Below, piece after piece: positions 35,001 through 46,005 of a DNA stretch of 64,000 nucleotides. This DNA is from Octopus sinensis. Its lineage: Eukaryota. The position numbers and the translations under genes were made by a program. Under the pieces are notes generated by a model. That model was not told where the DNA came from, ran no database searches, and was given only the letters and a program-made list of their open reading frames with translations. The DNA lies in NCBI RefSeq assembly GCF_006345805.1, contig NW_021833061.1, forward strand, positions 68,289 to 132,288, in the 5' to 3' direction. Every line of letters begins with the position of its first letter. Within the stretch, counting starts at the first letter, position 1.

Positions 35001-35268
35001 TATCAAGTAAGTGAAAGATACAGAAAAGTATATTTCCTTCTCTACGGATAATCTGTTAGAGTCGGTCGTTATAATTCTCTGGAAATAGGTTGTATTAGAA
35101 ATACCTTTACTGCATATTTTATATTCGAGCTGCCCTCAACGCCAAGGAAGATGACCCCAAACCCACCTGGTTATAACAAATGAGAGTACCCTGAGCAAGT
35201 ATTTTAGTTAATTTTATATTAAGTCCATCAAAACACAAAACTGATCCAACAGCTCGATCACTTGACAT
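32090..35268 (-). CDS. GAK: Cyclin G-associated kinase / auxilin-2 (NAK kinase, PTEN/C2-like region, low-complexity linker, J domain); J-domain exons frameshifted as assembled
   Basis: LAQG|GFG; PPVIHRDLK|MENFL...IKLCDFGSAT; TTQAYRAPEMVDLY; auxilin J domain LLSSLHTVLWEG...W..VSM...VK.YY..ALIVHPDK...IFIEL. Confidence 0.88.
32881..33016. repeat. 69-bp in-frame tandem duplication in the GAK linker (23-aa repeat SEFASNLISGIPPERPSTKTPIP/Q)
   Basis: Two near-identical copies starting at 32881 and 32950. Confidence 0.92.
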
Positions 35269-35479
35269 AATTAATTGAAACCAATTAAGACTACTTAATC
35301 TATTAATAAACAATAATTTACATCATTTTTTTAAACTTAAAAATAATCTAAAAAATTCCCTTGTCGGTGACTGCAGTCGGATATGCCTGTCCTCTGCCCA
35401 AAACTCGGAAAGAATTGAAGTAAACCTCTCTCCCGAAAATATTGAAAATAATTCTTTATTCGTTTGAGACGAGTGGTGT

Positions 35480-35900
35480 CGTTGGTAAGAAAGAAATATG
35501 ACTTTTGAAGAAAATGTGTCGAGTGATTAAAAGCTCTGGAGAGTAGGAAAATATTTTGGCTTTTCCCTAAGATCTCAGTTGCGATTCTGAGAGCAAACCG
35601 CTGCACAACCGCAGTAAAATTCTGAATAAACACAAGAAATCCGAAAAATGCAGTACAACAAAATCTACATTCCGTTCACTTTTAGGTATGCGGTTGGTCA
35701 CAATAAGACGGTCTCTGATATCGGCTGTTACCTACTGAAACTCAAGGATAAAACACACGGCACATTCTTATGTACTTTGCTAAAGCTTGCGGATCTTTAC
35801 TTTGCTTGAACTAGACAGATTTCAATAAAATAAAGAATGATAATCTGTAAGCACGGGATTGTTTGTGGTCTAACTCCTTTAAACAGTTTTTTGTACACCT
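35480..35900 (-). pseudogene. Degenerate LINE C-terminal remnant
   Basis: VVQRFALRI thumb-region motif; the rest is decayed. Confidence 0.4.
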
Positions 35901-36699
35901 TATTTAGCAGAATCCTCATTGTACGGGTGCGTCGCTGAGCTGTTGTAAAATAAGTAATTCAAAATGATTAGATTAAGGTAGTTTAGGTCTAAAACTGCTA
36001 ATGATCGAGAAGACTATGCTCCTCAGGATCGCAATAAAGATTTTTTGGAACAAGCATTACTTCTCCCGTCGTCCTCTGGAGATCAGATCTCCGATTCTCC
36101 CGACGAGATCCAGAGATTTGTGCGGTCATTGCTCCGGACGATTCAGAGGAGATCGGGGAAAAGGATCAAGTTTTCCGTCAAGTTAGAGTATTTCGAAATT
36201 TTAAGTTCTCCAGCCTTTATAGCGGCTGACTTGTTATAATATGTTTGCAAGATCTCTCAACAAACTCTGAATGAATAAATGATATATTTAATTTGCTGGT
36301 CAGAGAAATGCCATTAATCTTCTTAAAGAAACTGTTATTTTTAGACTACTAACGTGCAACTGCGTTAATAGGATATAACAGAGTAAAACGACACTGATAC
36401 CAAAACAGGGTAAAACGACACTGGTAGGAGCGAACTATTGGCCAATTAGCCTCATCTGTGCTTTCTCTAAAACAGGGGTTGGCAGAATTTGCCTTCGTGG
36501 GCCAAAATTTTATTTTGTATGCGATCCCGGCCAAACAAGAAAAAATCCTTATCGGACGCAGAAATAAGGATATACAAAAATCCTCTTGACTGAAACAGAG
36601 GATCTCGTTTCGTTTGCAATCATGAGCAGTAACGCACAAACTATCTGTTTTGCCGAAAACTGACCGTTCCAGGGAAACGCTTGCAGATTTATTAGTTAA

Positions 36700-37340
36700 A
36701 AATGATTACAAGGAATTGTACGTGTGATATCATCTTTTTTACAACTCAAATTATAAAAAAATGTTGATTACTTTTAGTAATTTTGTTCGAGAACAATGGA
36801 AAAGATTGTCTTTAACAGACTTTCTGATTATGTGGAATCACAAATTTGCTTTCACCCGTACAATGAGGATTCTGCTAAGAAGGTGTACAGGAAACTGTTT
36901 AAAGGAGTTAGAGCATCAACAATCCCGTGCTTACAGAAACAATGACTGGGTAACTGTGGTGTGCCCGGACCTCGCAAAAGCTTTCGATACCTGGACCTAC
37001 TTGGAAGAGTTATCAGAGTTTGTAGAATTTAGAAGGGTCAATTTTTTCAATCTCCTTCTGGCGGACATTCCTCTACAGCTTGTATGTACTGGAAAACTCA
37101 TCATATATGCTGATGACATCTTTATCATGGATACCTCCAAAAAATTTTACAGTTTTGAAGACGACATACATTGCCATGTTAAAGAAGTTGACAGTAAAGA
37201 AGGGCTTGATCCTAGCACCTGAGAAGACACCATGTCCTGGTTCGGGACGGAGAAGAGTGACTATTTTATCGAACAGTTGGAAAGCACAAGACATTTTGCA
37301 TTGAAACTGGCTTACAGAGTACAACTTGACTAAAGGCTAA
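36700..37340 (+). pseudogene. Internally deleted LINE RT remnant
   Basis: VCPDLAKAFDT...KLIIYADDIF in ORF 36761-37222. Confidence 0.7.
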
Positions 37341-37582
37341 AGACTTGCAAGAATCCTCTGTGCCCACGATCTTAATAGTTCTGGAAAAAAGTTGTGCTGA
37401 GTAATTATAATTAGGGTTAGCATAGAAAGACACATTGGTGGCTTGTTTTTTTATTTCTCCGTTAATAGTTTTGACTTGTTCTTTGGGTTTTTGGTTTTTC
37501 TTGAACAATAAAAACAATTCAATTCAACAGTAAAATTATTTAAATTTATTGTTAAATTAAAATTGGACATTCATCTCAAGTG

Positions 37583-38900
37583 ATGGCTCTTTTAGAACAT
37601 TATATATCTGAAAACAAATTTGAATTCACAGAATTGCTTGACGAGAGTTTGTTCAACTTTTGCAGTCTCCCCAAAATTATAATAATTGGAGACGAAGGGT
37701 ATTTAAACAACATTATTTAGATGTGGGAAAACATCATTCCTGAACTACTTATTAGGCTTTAAAGAATCAATTCCCAAAGCAACTCGAACCATAGAAGTTT
37801 TTGGTAGGACTTGTTTATAAAATGTGGACTTATCTATGGGTTCGTTCTTCAACGTACAAATATTGGATACTCCGGGACTGAACACCAAATGGATTGGGAT
37901 GGACAAAAATAATAAAAATTGGTGCAAACTTTTGGACAATTGTTTAAACGTGCTGTGCGTCGCAGACCTGAGCGTATTTTTACCTCTGACCGAAATAGTC
38001 ACGGATGCCCGGTGGCTTGTCTTCAATAGCACATTTTATAACTTGTGCTTCAATCATTAATCAGAATTTGAATTTCACCATCGTCGTTCACAAACATGAC
38101 CTAAGTATCAACAATCCGTTTGCGGTTCATATAAACCAAGTCAAAACACATCTTGAGATTCTCATTCCTACCAATAAATTGCCAAAAGAAATCAAGTTTT
38201 GTTGATTTTTTTAGATTTGCAGATATGTCAGTACAAGTATATTCGACATGTCCATTCTAATTGCTTTTTCGAAAATTATACTTCCTTACGTACCACTTCA
38301 AAATACTTTAGAAAAGATCCTCGGGGACTTTATTTCCGTAGTTTATTTTGATGACCCCTATAGCACTCTAAACTTGAGAATGGAGTCATTGTCGACACTC
38401 TCACGCGAGTTTTAATCGCTGCTCAACCAAAAACTCTTAATTTGAATGAATATGATTTCTTTGCCAAAGTGTTGGAACGTTTTAAAAATATCCATTCTGC
38501 CATCAATTGGTTATTTGTTTTGTTTCGAGAATTTAGGGACCCATTAAATAATTCTGGAAATAAAGAGTTTTCTCCTATACATTCCACTATAAATTTTCAC
38601 GATTACACAGTCTGTTACAGTAAACTGACACCGAAATTGTCGTTGGTATTTCGCGGCGATCGACTTTTTGAAGGTAATTAAACCCTAATAGCTGTGTAGG
38701 AGTTTATGAGTATAACCTTCATTTATTCCAGAAACTGGTAGTTGAAATAATCTCTGAATATGAGAAAACTCAATTATAATTATTTTTTTGATATTTAATG
38801 TGATATAATCAGTTATGAATTAGTAATTCTAAGACTCGACCTAACTCAAAGATGGTTTCTTTCAACGAATAATTATAAAACTTGGGATTGTGGAGAATAA
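37583..38900 (+). CDS. Rag C/D (Gtr2)-like small GTPase; gene model partly unresolved
   Basis: PKIIIIGDEG|CGKTSF (22-nt intron 37699-37720); MGSFFNVQILDTPG; INQNLNFTIVVHKHD (Rag-type HKxD); TSIFDMSILIAFSKII..P.LQNTLEKIL. One expected acceptor reads AA; end approximate. Confidence 0.65.
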
Positions 38901-39167
38901 ACGCAGGGGATCGAAGAGGGACAAGAAGTATGTATATCTTTAGAGATACAAATTTACTCTGAGGACTTTTCCAACTTATCTCACTACCTTGAAATCGTTG
39001 ATTTTAAACCTGCAGCGTGTACTGGGCCGGAAATGACATCATTCCGACATGCGTGTCAGCGTAAACGATCGTCATGAGAGAGGGTGCAGTCCCTTCACGT
39101 CTTACTAACAAGGCTAGACATTCATTTGTGCTTGGAATAAAAGACGCAAAATTGGGTAATAAAATAG

Positions 39168-40840
39168 TCAGACCTCAACTGTACACTTGACAAGAAATGA
39201 GGCAAATTCGAGATTGTCCCAATAGCACAAATGAGAAGTGAAAAACCGAGAAAACCCAAAGCTACCTTCATAGAGTGCAAAATCGAGTCTATGCTCCAGT
39301 CCTCTCAATAAGGCACTGAAAGTACCTTCCGGTAGAGGATTGAACTCCTCTCCATCGACCGAGTCAGAAAACACTTGGGTGAACCCAGCAATGGCCGAGA
39401 GCAAAGACCACCGTCGATACCATGGAGTTGAGTCGTCCTGAATCACCGATTCAAACGAATATCGGGGAAAGCGACGGAATTCCGGTCTACTGGACATAGT
39501 CGACAAATTGACGGGTTCCACATTGCGGAACTCCCGGCAGAACATTGGCTCGAGTCGATAGGCCTGGACTGAAAGGGGAAGAGAACCATAAAGTCGCTGG
39601 GGAAAAATATGTTAAAGAGACGGAAAGAACGGTTGCCACAGTGAGGAAATATGTCCTCCACTGTGGATTTGTCACGAATCGAAAAGCCTCTGAGCATAAG
39701 GAACACAGCAAGAGGGGATCCAATCATGAAGAGGTTACTGAAGTGGATGTCGAGGGAATGAGACAAAACCAGGCTACGATCTCCACACGTGCTCTGATTA
39801 GTAATAAGATCATAGACAATGACAGATCCTGGAATGAGAAGAGTGGACAAACCAAGTGAGTGTGCCACAATGGAGACTTGAGAGACTTCCCTGTGGTAGT
39901 CCAAAAAAAGAGAGTGCAGTCTTTTGAGTTCGTCGGCCAGTTTGGAAATAATCTAGGATAGGAAAGAGAGATAACCTTATGTCTGAAATGTGCACTACTG
40001 TAGTACAGCACATCAAGAAGGGAGTTGTTGATGAAGTTCCTAATTCGAATGTTAGCATTAGGCATGATCGCATCAAGTGTCTCTGCAAATGACAGCCCAA
40101 ACACAACTTTCTCCCAACTCAACCGACCGCCAGTTGATAGGAATAAACTCAATGTTGCCCTCCTTGTGTTCGGAGTGCAAATACTCCTTTATGTTCTTCC
40201 GCAGTCTCCAATACTACAACCACACAACCTGAGACAACACTGTGTCGAATTGGCATGATCCAATGACTGAGCAATCCCCGGGACGATGAAAACAAGGTGA
40301 GATACGTTCTTCTGTGTGGCGTCCGTACGTGCCAATTTGTAGTAACCTCTCACCACTCGGGAGGAGGAGTCTGGAAATAGAGGGGTCCTCCACCTGTGAG
40401 GCCGATTTTCTGCATTATGGATGTAACTAATGGGGGAGACTTGGCTGACACGACTACACCCCCCATACTGTCCCACACCACCATGTAGTCCTCCAATTCC
40501 AGCACTGTGTCTGAGGACAAAACAAGATTGTGATGAGCCTCGATTCGATCGGCCAACCACTCGGGGACGGGCTGGTTACTGGGGGAGTAGAACCAAACTC
40601 CACGGATAACCGCCACAGTCAACTCTGAGAAATTTAGCACTTAAATCTGCCTTTATCGTAAATCGGCCTGCACTTTCGATCGCTCACGTCGACAATGAAC
40701 ATTCCATTCCGAACTGAAATCTGGTCAGGGGACGAAGCACGGAATGCTCTTTCCAAATTGACAGTGTCGTAACTTGTAAAGTGGCGATAAGAGCCATTGT
40801 CGGCAAAGAACCAGCGAACACGACATAACTCGAGGTCCAT
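39168..40840 (-). CDS. DDHD-domain intracellular phospholipase A1 (DDHD1/DDHD2/SEC23IP family)
   Basis: RVRWFF; HLVFIVPGIAQ; VSIVAHSLG; LFMIGSPLAVFLMLRG; LFNIFFPSD; RLDFAL...TSHLCYWDN. Confidence 0.9.
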
Positions 40841-41195
40841 TTCAATTAATTTTAGAAATACGAAAAATGTATATTAATCCACTATTACTATATTTAATTA
40901 ATTCAGTAAATAATATCAAAATAAAAATACTGAATAAATTTATATTACTGAACTAAACTTACTCAATTGGACTAATCTACTAATATCCCCCAGAAAGCTG
41001 ATTTGAAATTGATTTGTAACCCAATAATATCTTCTTGATTTCAAAATTGTCATATTTAGTCCAAAAATATGTTCACGTGAGAATTTATCGTGTAACCCAA
41101 TTCTGGGACATCCTAAGTAACAAAATTGGATCAGTAATTATTTTAATTGAAATAATGATAATTGAATAGTTGAGTTGGAATAAATAATAACGTTA
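40841..41195. promoter_or_regulatory. Probable bidirectional promoter between the DDHD gene and TAPT1, containing TCACGTGA at 41073-41080
   Basis: 355-bp AT-rich gap between divergent start codons. Confidence 0.5.
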
Positions 41196-42677
41196 ATGTC
41201 GTTGTTCCTCCAGTTTATTGATACTGAGCGAAGGAAGGTGTTCTACCCTAAAGACGACCAGACTGCACTGGAAGCCAAGCGAAACGCCGTGAAATCTTTT
41301 CTGTCAGTGCCAATCGAGTTCGAACGAGTGAGATATTTCTGTCACGTGCAGTTCATACTGTTCGGACTTCTCCAATGCCTGGACATATTTCTCTACATTT
41401 TCACATTCATGCCCATCCGCTGTGTCTGCTCCCTCACAGGACTGGTGTTGTATGACCCTCCTCTGACCACAGATACCGACGAGGACTGGATGCGGCCGAG
41501 AGAAGCGACCTTTGTAAGATGTGTGTGCTTTTGCTCACATGTCTGTTTCTGGGGATTATCGACCTGAATGTGCTTTACCACCTCATTCGGTCGCAAAATG
41601 TGATAAAACTGTTCATCTTCTTTAACATGATGGAGGTATGTCTATCTGTCATGAGGTGGGGGACAAACTACTCTGCTCCATTGGGAGTGACATCATCGAC
41701 AGTGCAATGGCCTCCTGCGTCGACGGGGTCTGTGGAGTGTTCGACGTGGTCACCCTCCTCATCTACATGTGTACGTCCCCTCTCTATGTCAGTCCTCCAC
41801 TCCTTCCTTGTCCTCTTGCAGGCGACTGTCCTTCATGTGGCCTTCAACTCCCACAGTGCAGAACTGCTGACCATCATCATGTCCAACAATGTGGGTGAGG
41901 GGGGTCATTCGTAGTTCATCGAAATCAAGACCAACGTGTTTAGAGTGTTTACTAAGGATACTCACTTTACTCTCGCCTGCTGGGATGTCCGGGAACGATT
42001 CCACCTCGCTGTCCTCCTCACGGTTGTGTCCGTCAGAAACCTGTCCGACGTGGGCTGGAATTTTGGTATTGGTGCTTTTTGGACCTTCCTAGTTCACCTC
42101 GCCGACCTCATCCCTTTCATTTTAGTGGCTTTCGTGGTGGAATGTCTTGTAGACTGGATAAAACACTGTTTTGTGGCTCGTATATCTGGCCTGCACTACA
42201 CTGTATTTGCTTCCTATCATTCGTAGAACTACTTTTCTTTTAAGTGCCGTTTGGCCTTCGATCTTATCAACTCTCGCCAACGACGGGTACCTTACGTCTG
42301 TCATTTCAGGCCACTTCCGACTACAGTGATATTGTCTCCCGGAATATGAACTTTCTCCCTCTCGCCCTTGCCGCACTTCTTCTTCGGACTGTCTTCCCTC
42401 TTGTCCATTTCGACGCCGGAAATGTCATCATTATTGTCTTGTTGTTCGTCTGGTATTGCACGTGATTTACTGTAGTGTCGTTCTCACCAAGTTGTCGACC
42501 AGTATTTACATTGTTGGGAAGGGTTGTATATACCTTGACCAATTCGCCAGTCCTGCCTACTCTTCCAAATCCGTCCGCAAGTCGGATCCGGAAATAAAAG
42601 AGTCTCCCCCTATCAAAATTCGTTCCAAGTCTACTGTGGATTGTGACATTAAACCAGAATATATATACCCTGCCTGA
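41196..42677 (+). CDS. TAPT1: Transmembrane anterior posterior transformation 1 (TAPT1/Emp65)
   Basis: FLSVPIEFER; GLLQCLDIFLYIFTFMPIR; LYHLIRSQNVIKLFIFFNMMEV; LLQATVLHVAFNSH...LLTIIMSNN|FIEIK; DVRERFHL; LVDWIKHCF. Confidence 0.92.
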
Positions 42678-42749
42678 TATATCTTTCCTACATTGGTGAA
42701 AAATGAGATTTATTAATAAAATTAATGTTCATTTGTTAAATATTGTCAT

Positions 42750-43680
42750 CGTGAGTTAAATCGTTGTCTCCATAACACTTGAAAATATTTCTGGACATGA
42801 TCGCATGGAGGTGAGCAAATTCTTGGTGTTATTGCAGAAATGCAAGTTTCTCTGCAACTTTCTAAAACTTGTAGCCTGGTTTCTTTTTGAGTGAGCTCAA
42901 ATTAGTTGTCGCCATTTTTCTTTATTGCTCACTTTTATAAGCACGCAGCATTCTTCTATTAGATTTAATCGTACACTGTAAGGTGCCAATCTTATAAATT
43001 CAGTATTTCAAAATTCTTCTTTAGTTATTTACTCTGACTGTGAATGTGCCTAGCGTTGCCTATCACAATAAAAATTTCTGAATAATTTTCACTTGTACTT
43101 TTAACCATATTTCTACTGAATCGTTTGGGAAATAAGTATTCGAAACTTTTTTAGAAAAATGTCGGCACAATTCCAAACAAAAATAATTTGACTCTCGGCC
43201 AAAATCTGAAATTATCAAAACTTTCTTACTATCAAACCTAACTGCAATTAAACTACAAATAACTCAAGAAGCGTTTATAAACAGACACTCTAAGTTTTCT
43301 TAAATTTTACTCTAACTTGACAGAAAATGTCACGCAGTCAAAGACATGAAATAGATGACGACAAATAGTGAATGAAAATTCCAGTTTCATTAAATAGTCA
43401 CGGAAAAATTTCATTTAGAGCGATGACAAGATTGTTCTTAACATAGTTTATCATTTTCAACATTTCAGTGCTTGTAAATTTAGACTATCTGAATGCTCCA
43501 GTTTTTTATTAGGTTGTGAAGCATTTCGTATCCATTATAAGCTGTATTTAACTTAACTTCATACGATTCCGCCACAATATGGCAATCCACATCTCAATTC
43601 ATTTTGGCTCCCAAATTTCTTTCATTATATGTTTGACTAACACAAGAAGAAGTATTATTATTTTTATAAAGTATGAAATA
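42750..43680 (-). pseudogene. Decayed longer IS630/Tc1-like transposase, same family as 31356-31925
   Basis: 43441-43660 aligns by eye with 31528-31760; downstream remnant FIVIGNARHIH...RLAPYSVRLNLIEE. Confidence 0.65.
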
Positions 43681-43684
43681 TCAA

Positions 43685-45365
43685 GTCAAATTAGTCTTGT
43701 CACAGCTGGTTATTTATTTACTTTTTGATAAAATAGTTGGATTCATCTTCATGTCGATCAATAAAAATATACTAATTTTGAACTTATTCGTATATTTAAA
43801 CGATTATTAACATCATGCCTAAGCGAAAGGAACATGCAGAAGGCAAAAAAATATCATACTTCTTAAATATAATGCGGGAAAATCCGAAAAGTTTCCGAAA
43901 GTGTTCATATTCCGAAAATCAGTATGGAACATTATCAATAAATGGAATTTATTAAAAACTATCAAAAATTCAGGACAAAAAAATATCTCGATCAATTTCC
44001 ATAATTAGACGAAAAGTGCTTAATAATTTGAGATTGTCTCGTAAACAACTCTCTACTTACTTGGGCAAGGTAGGATCACCAGTATGCTCACAGATTGTTA
44101 CAAATGCCCTAAGAATAGAAGGATTCCATAAATGTCGTCCACGTAAAGTTCCGCTACTTACTAAGAAACAGGTCCATGCACGGTTAGAATATGCAAAAAA
44201 TTACTTTAAGACGACAACTTTCTGAATAATATTATTTGGTCAGATGAGACAAATATAGAAATTTTTGGGAGAATTATACGAGCTACGTGTGGCGTATATC
44301 AAAAGATGAATATCGTCCCAAAATATCATACCAACAATTAAACATGGTGGTGGCATTATTATGCTATGGGGATGTTTTTCTTCTTGAGGAGTTGGGGATC
44401 TTCATGTAGTAGATGGAATATTGAATGCTTCTATATAGTGTGGTATTTTAGAAAAAATATTTTTTCGTAAATTGAGAAATGTGGTATTGTGGGAAATTGG
44501 ACATTTCAACACAAAAATGATCCGAAACATACTGCAAAAAAACTCGAAAATGGCTAGAAGAATATTTAATTAATATCATTGAACAACCAAGTCAGTCCTG
44601 AGATCTTAATTCGATTGAAAATCTTTGGAAAGAATTAAAAGTCAAAGTATGGCCATATATCCAAAAAATATCACGGAATTAAAATCATTTTGTTTCGAAG
44701 AATAGAATAAAATTCCCGTAGAAATTTGTAAAAAGCTTGTGAGCAATTACAGAAATCGTTAAATGCAGTTTTGAAGAATACTTTACAAAGTATAATGGGA
44801 TTTGTCCCAAGACTAATTATCATTTGATTTTATGACTTTGTTTAAAATGTTTTCTTAAAATAAATCGATTTTGGATTATTTTTAAATGTTTTATACTTTT
44901 GGAAAAACTTAAATAAAAACTTTTCTTATAGAAAATAGACGAGATGAAATGACACCTAAATTTTAAAAGCATTACCAAAACTCTAAACAAGGCCAAGATT
45001 CAACACGTGCTTATGTTCAGACAATCATGATTAAAAAAACAATGGAGGGCATGCGTCTGAAGTACAAACTCTTATTTGCGTTGGCGAATCATGCAACCAA
45101 TGAACGATTAAGTGGGGAAAACAGCCACCACGAGACATCAGAGGAACCTTTCGAGGACACACACAGACGCTGTATCCCGGCCCATGAATCTGGGAGGAGG
45201 CGGATCGAAAGCAAAAAGGAGGAAGCTGGAACAAAAAGTATCATAAGATATTTTCTACTTTAATTAATTTACTAATGTGGATTTAAGTAAAAACGCAACA
45301 ATGTTTATAGAAAATAAAATTTTATTAAAAATAAACAAGTGTTCCAAAACTAATTTGATCCACTG
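43685..45365 (+). mobile_element. Decayed Tc1 element
   Basis: MPKRKE; RPRKVPLLTKK..ARLEYAK; IWSDET; IKHGGG.IMLWGCF; NDPKHTAK; DLNSIENLW; right TIR ...AATTTGATCCACTG|TA; left TIR degenerate. Confidence 0.8.
44995..45270 (+). mobile_element. 3' fragment of a third R4/Dong-like subfamily, inside the Tc1
   Basis: DSTRAYVQTIMIKKTMEGM resembles EGTRTYIQSVVLKRTLESM of the full copies. Confidence 0.55.
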
Positions 45366-45479
45366 TATGCTTTAATTTTAACCCTCACAGAAAGGCAGCA
45401 CATCTTCTTAACGATAGACGATTACCATTCCTTTTTCCTGTGTCCCCGGGGTTAAATAATAATTCGATTTTAACATCAA

Positions 45480-45830
45480 ACAAATCCAGGCCCGTGGGGA
45501 CGGAAAACGCCCTGATGGGTCAACTTTATTCCCTTTAGAGAGGGAATGGCACTCGTGTGAGATGTTACCTGCGTAGACTCATTTTCCTCATCATCCTGAT
45601 TGACTCCGCTTCTCGTCCTGGATCTGCATCTGTCCTTGCCGAATCTAGGAAAACTGCAAAATATGCCTCTTTGACCGATACCTGCTGCTTCATTCCTCTG
45701 GCTTTCGAGACCAGTGGGATAATTGGACCCAAAGCATTCAAACTCCTCTCAGAGATTGGTTTAACAATCTCGAGGAGGAGTCACGACAGTCGTGAAACGA
45801 GCTCAAAGCAAGAAATGACTCGTTAAGATT
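45480..45830 (+). mobile_element. CRE-clade RLE endonuclease fragment
   Basis: IPFREGMALV*DVTCVDS...AESRKTAKY...FIPLAFETSGIIGP. Confidence 0.8.
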
Positions 45831-45989
45831 ACACCCAATAAGGTGAGTTCATTAAAATGGGCCTACATTTTCTAATAAAACATGCTCCAACTACATTGAT
45901 AATATCCAAATGTAAAAATCATTTAATTGATGTCGAAAATTAAATATGAAAGGAATTTTAAACAAATTAAATAAAATAAATGTTCTAAT

Positions 45990-45995
45990 CACGTG
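45990..45995. promoter_or_regulatory. E-box CACGTG 10 nt upstream of the PWP2 start
   Basis: Motif seen; function inferred. Confidence 0.4.
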
Positions 45996-46005
45996 AAAAT
46001 TATAA

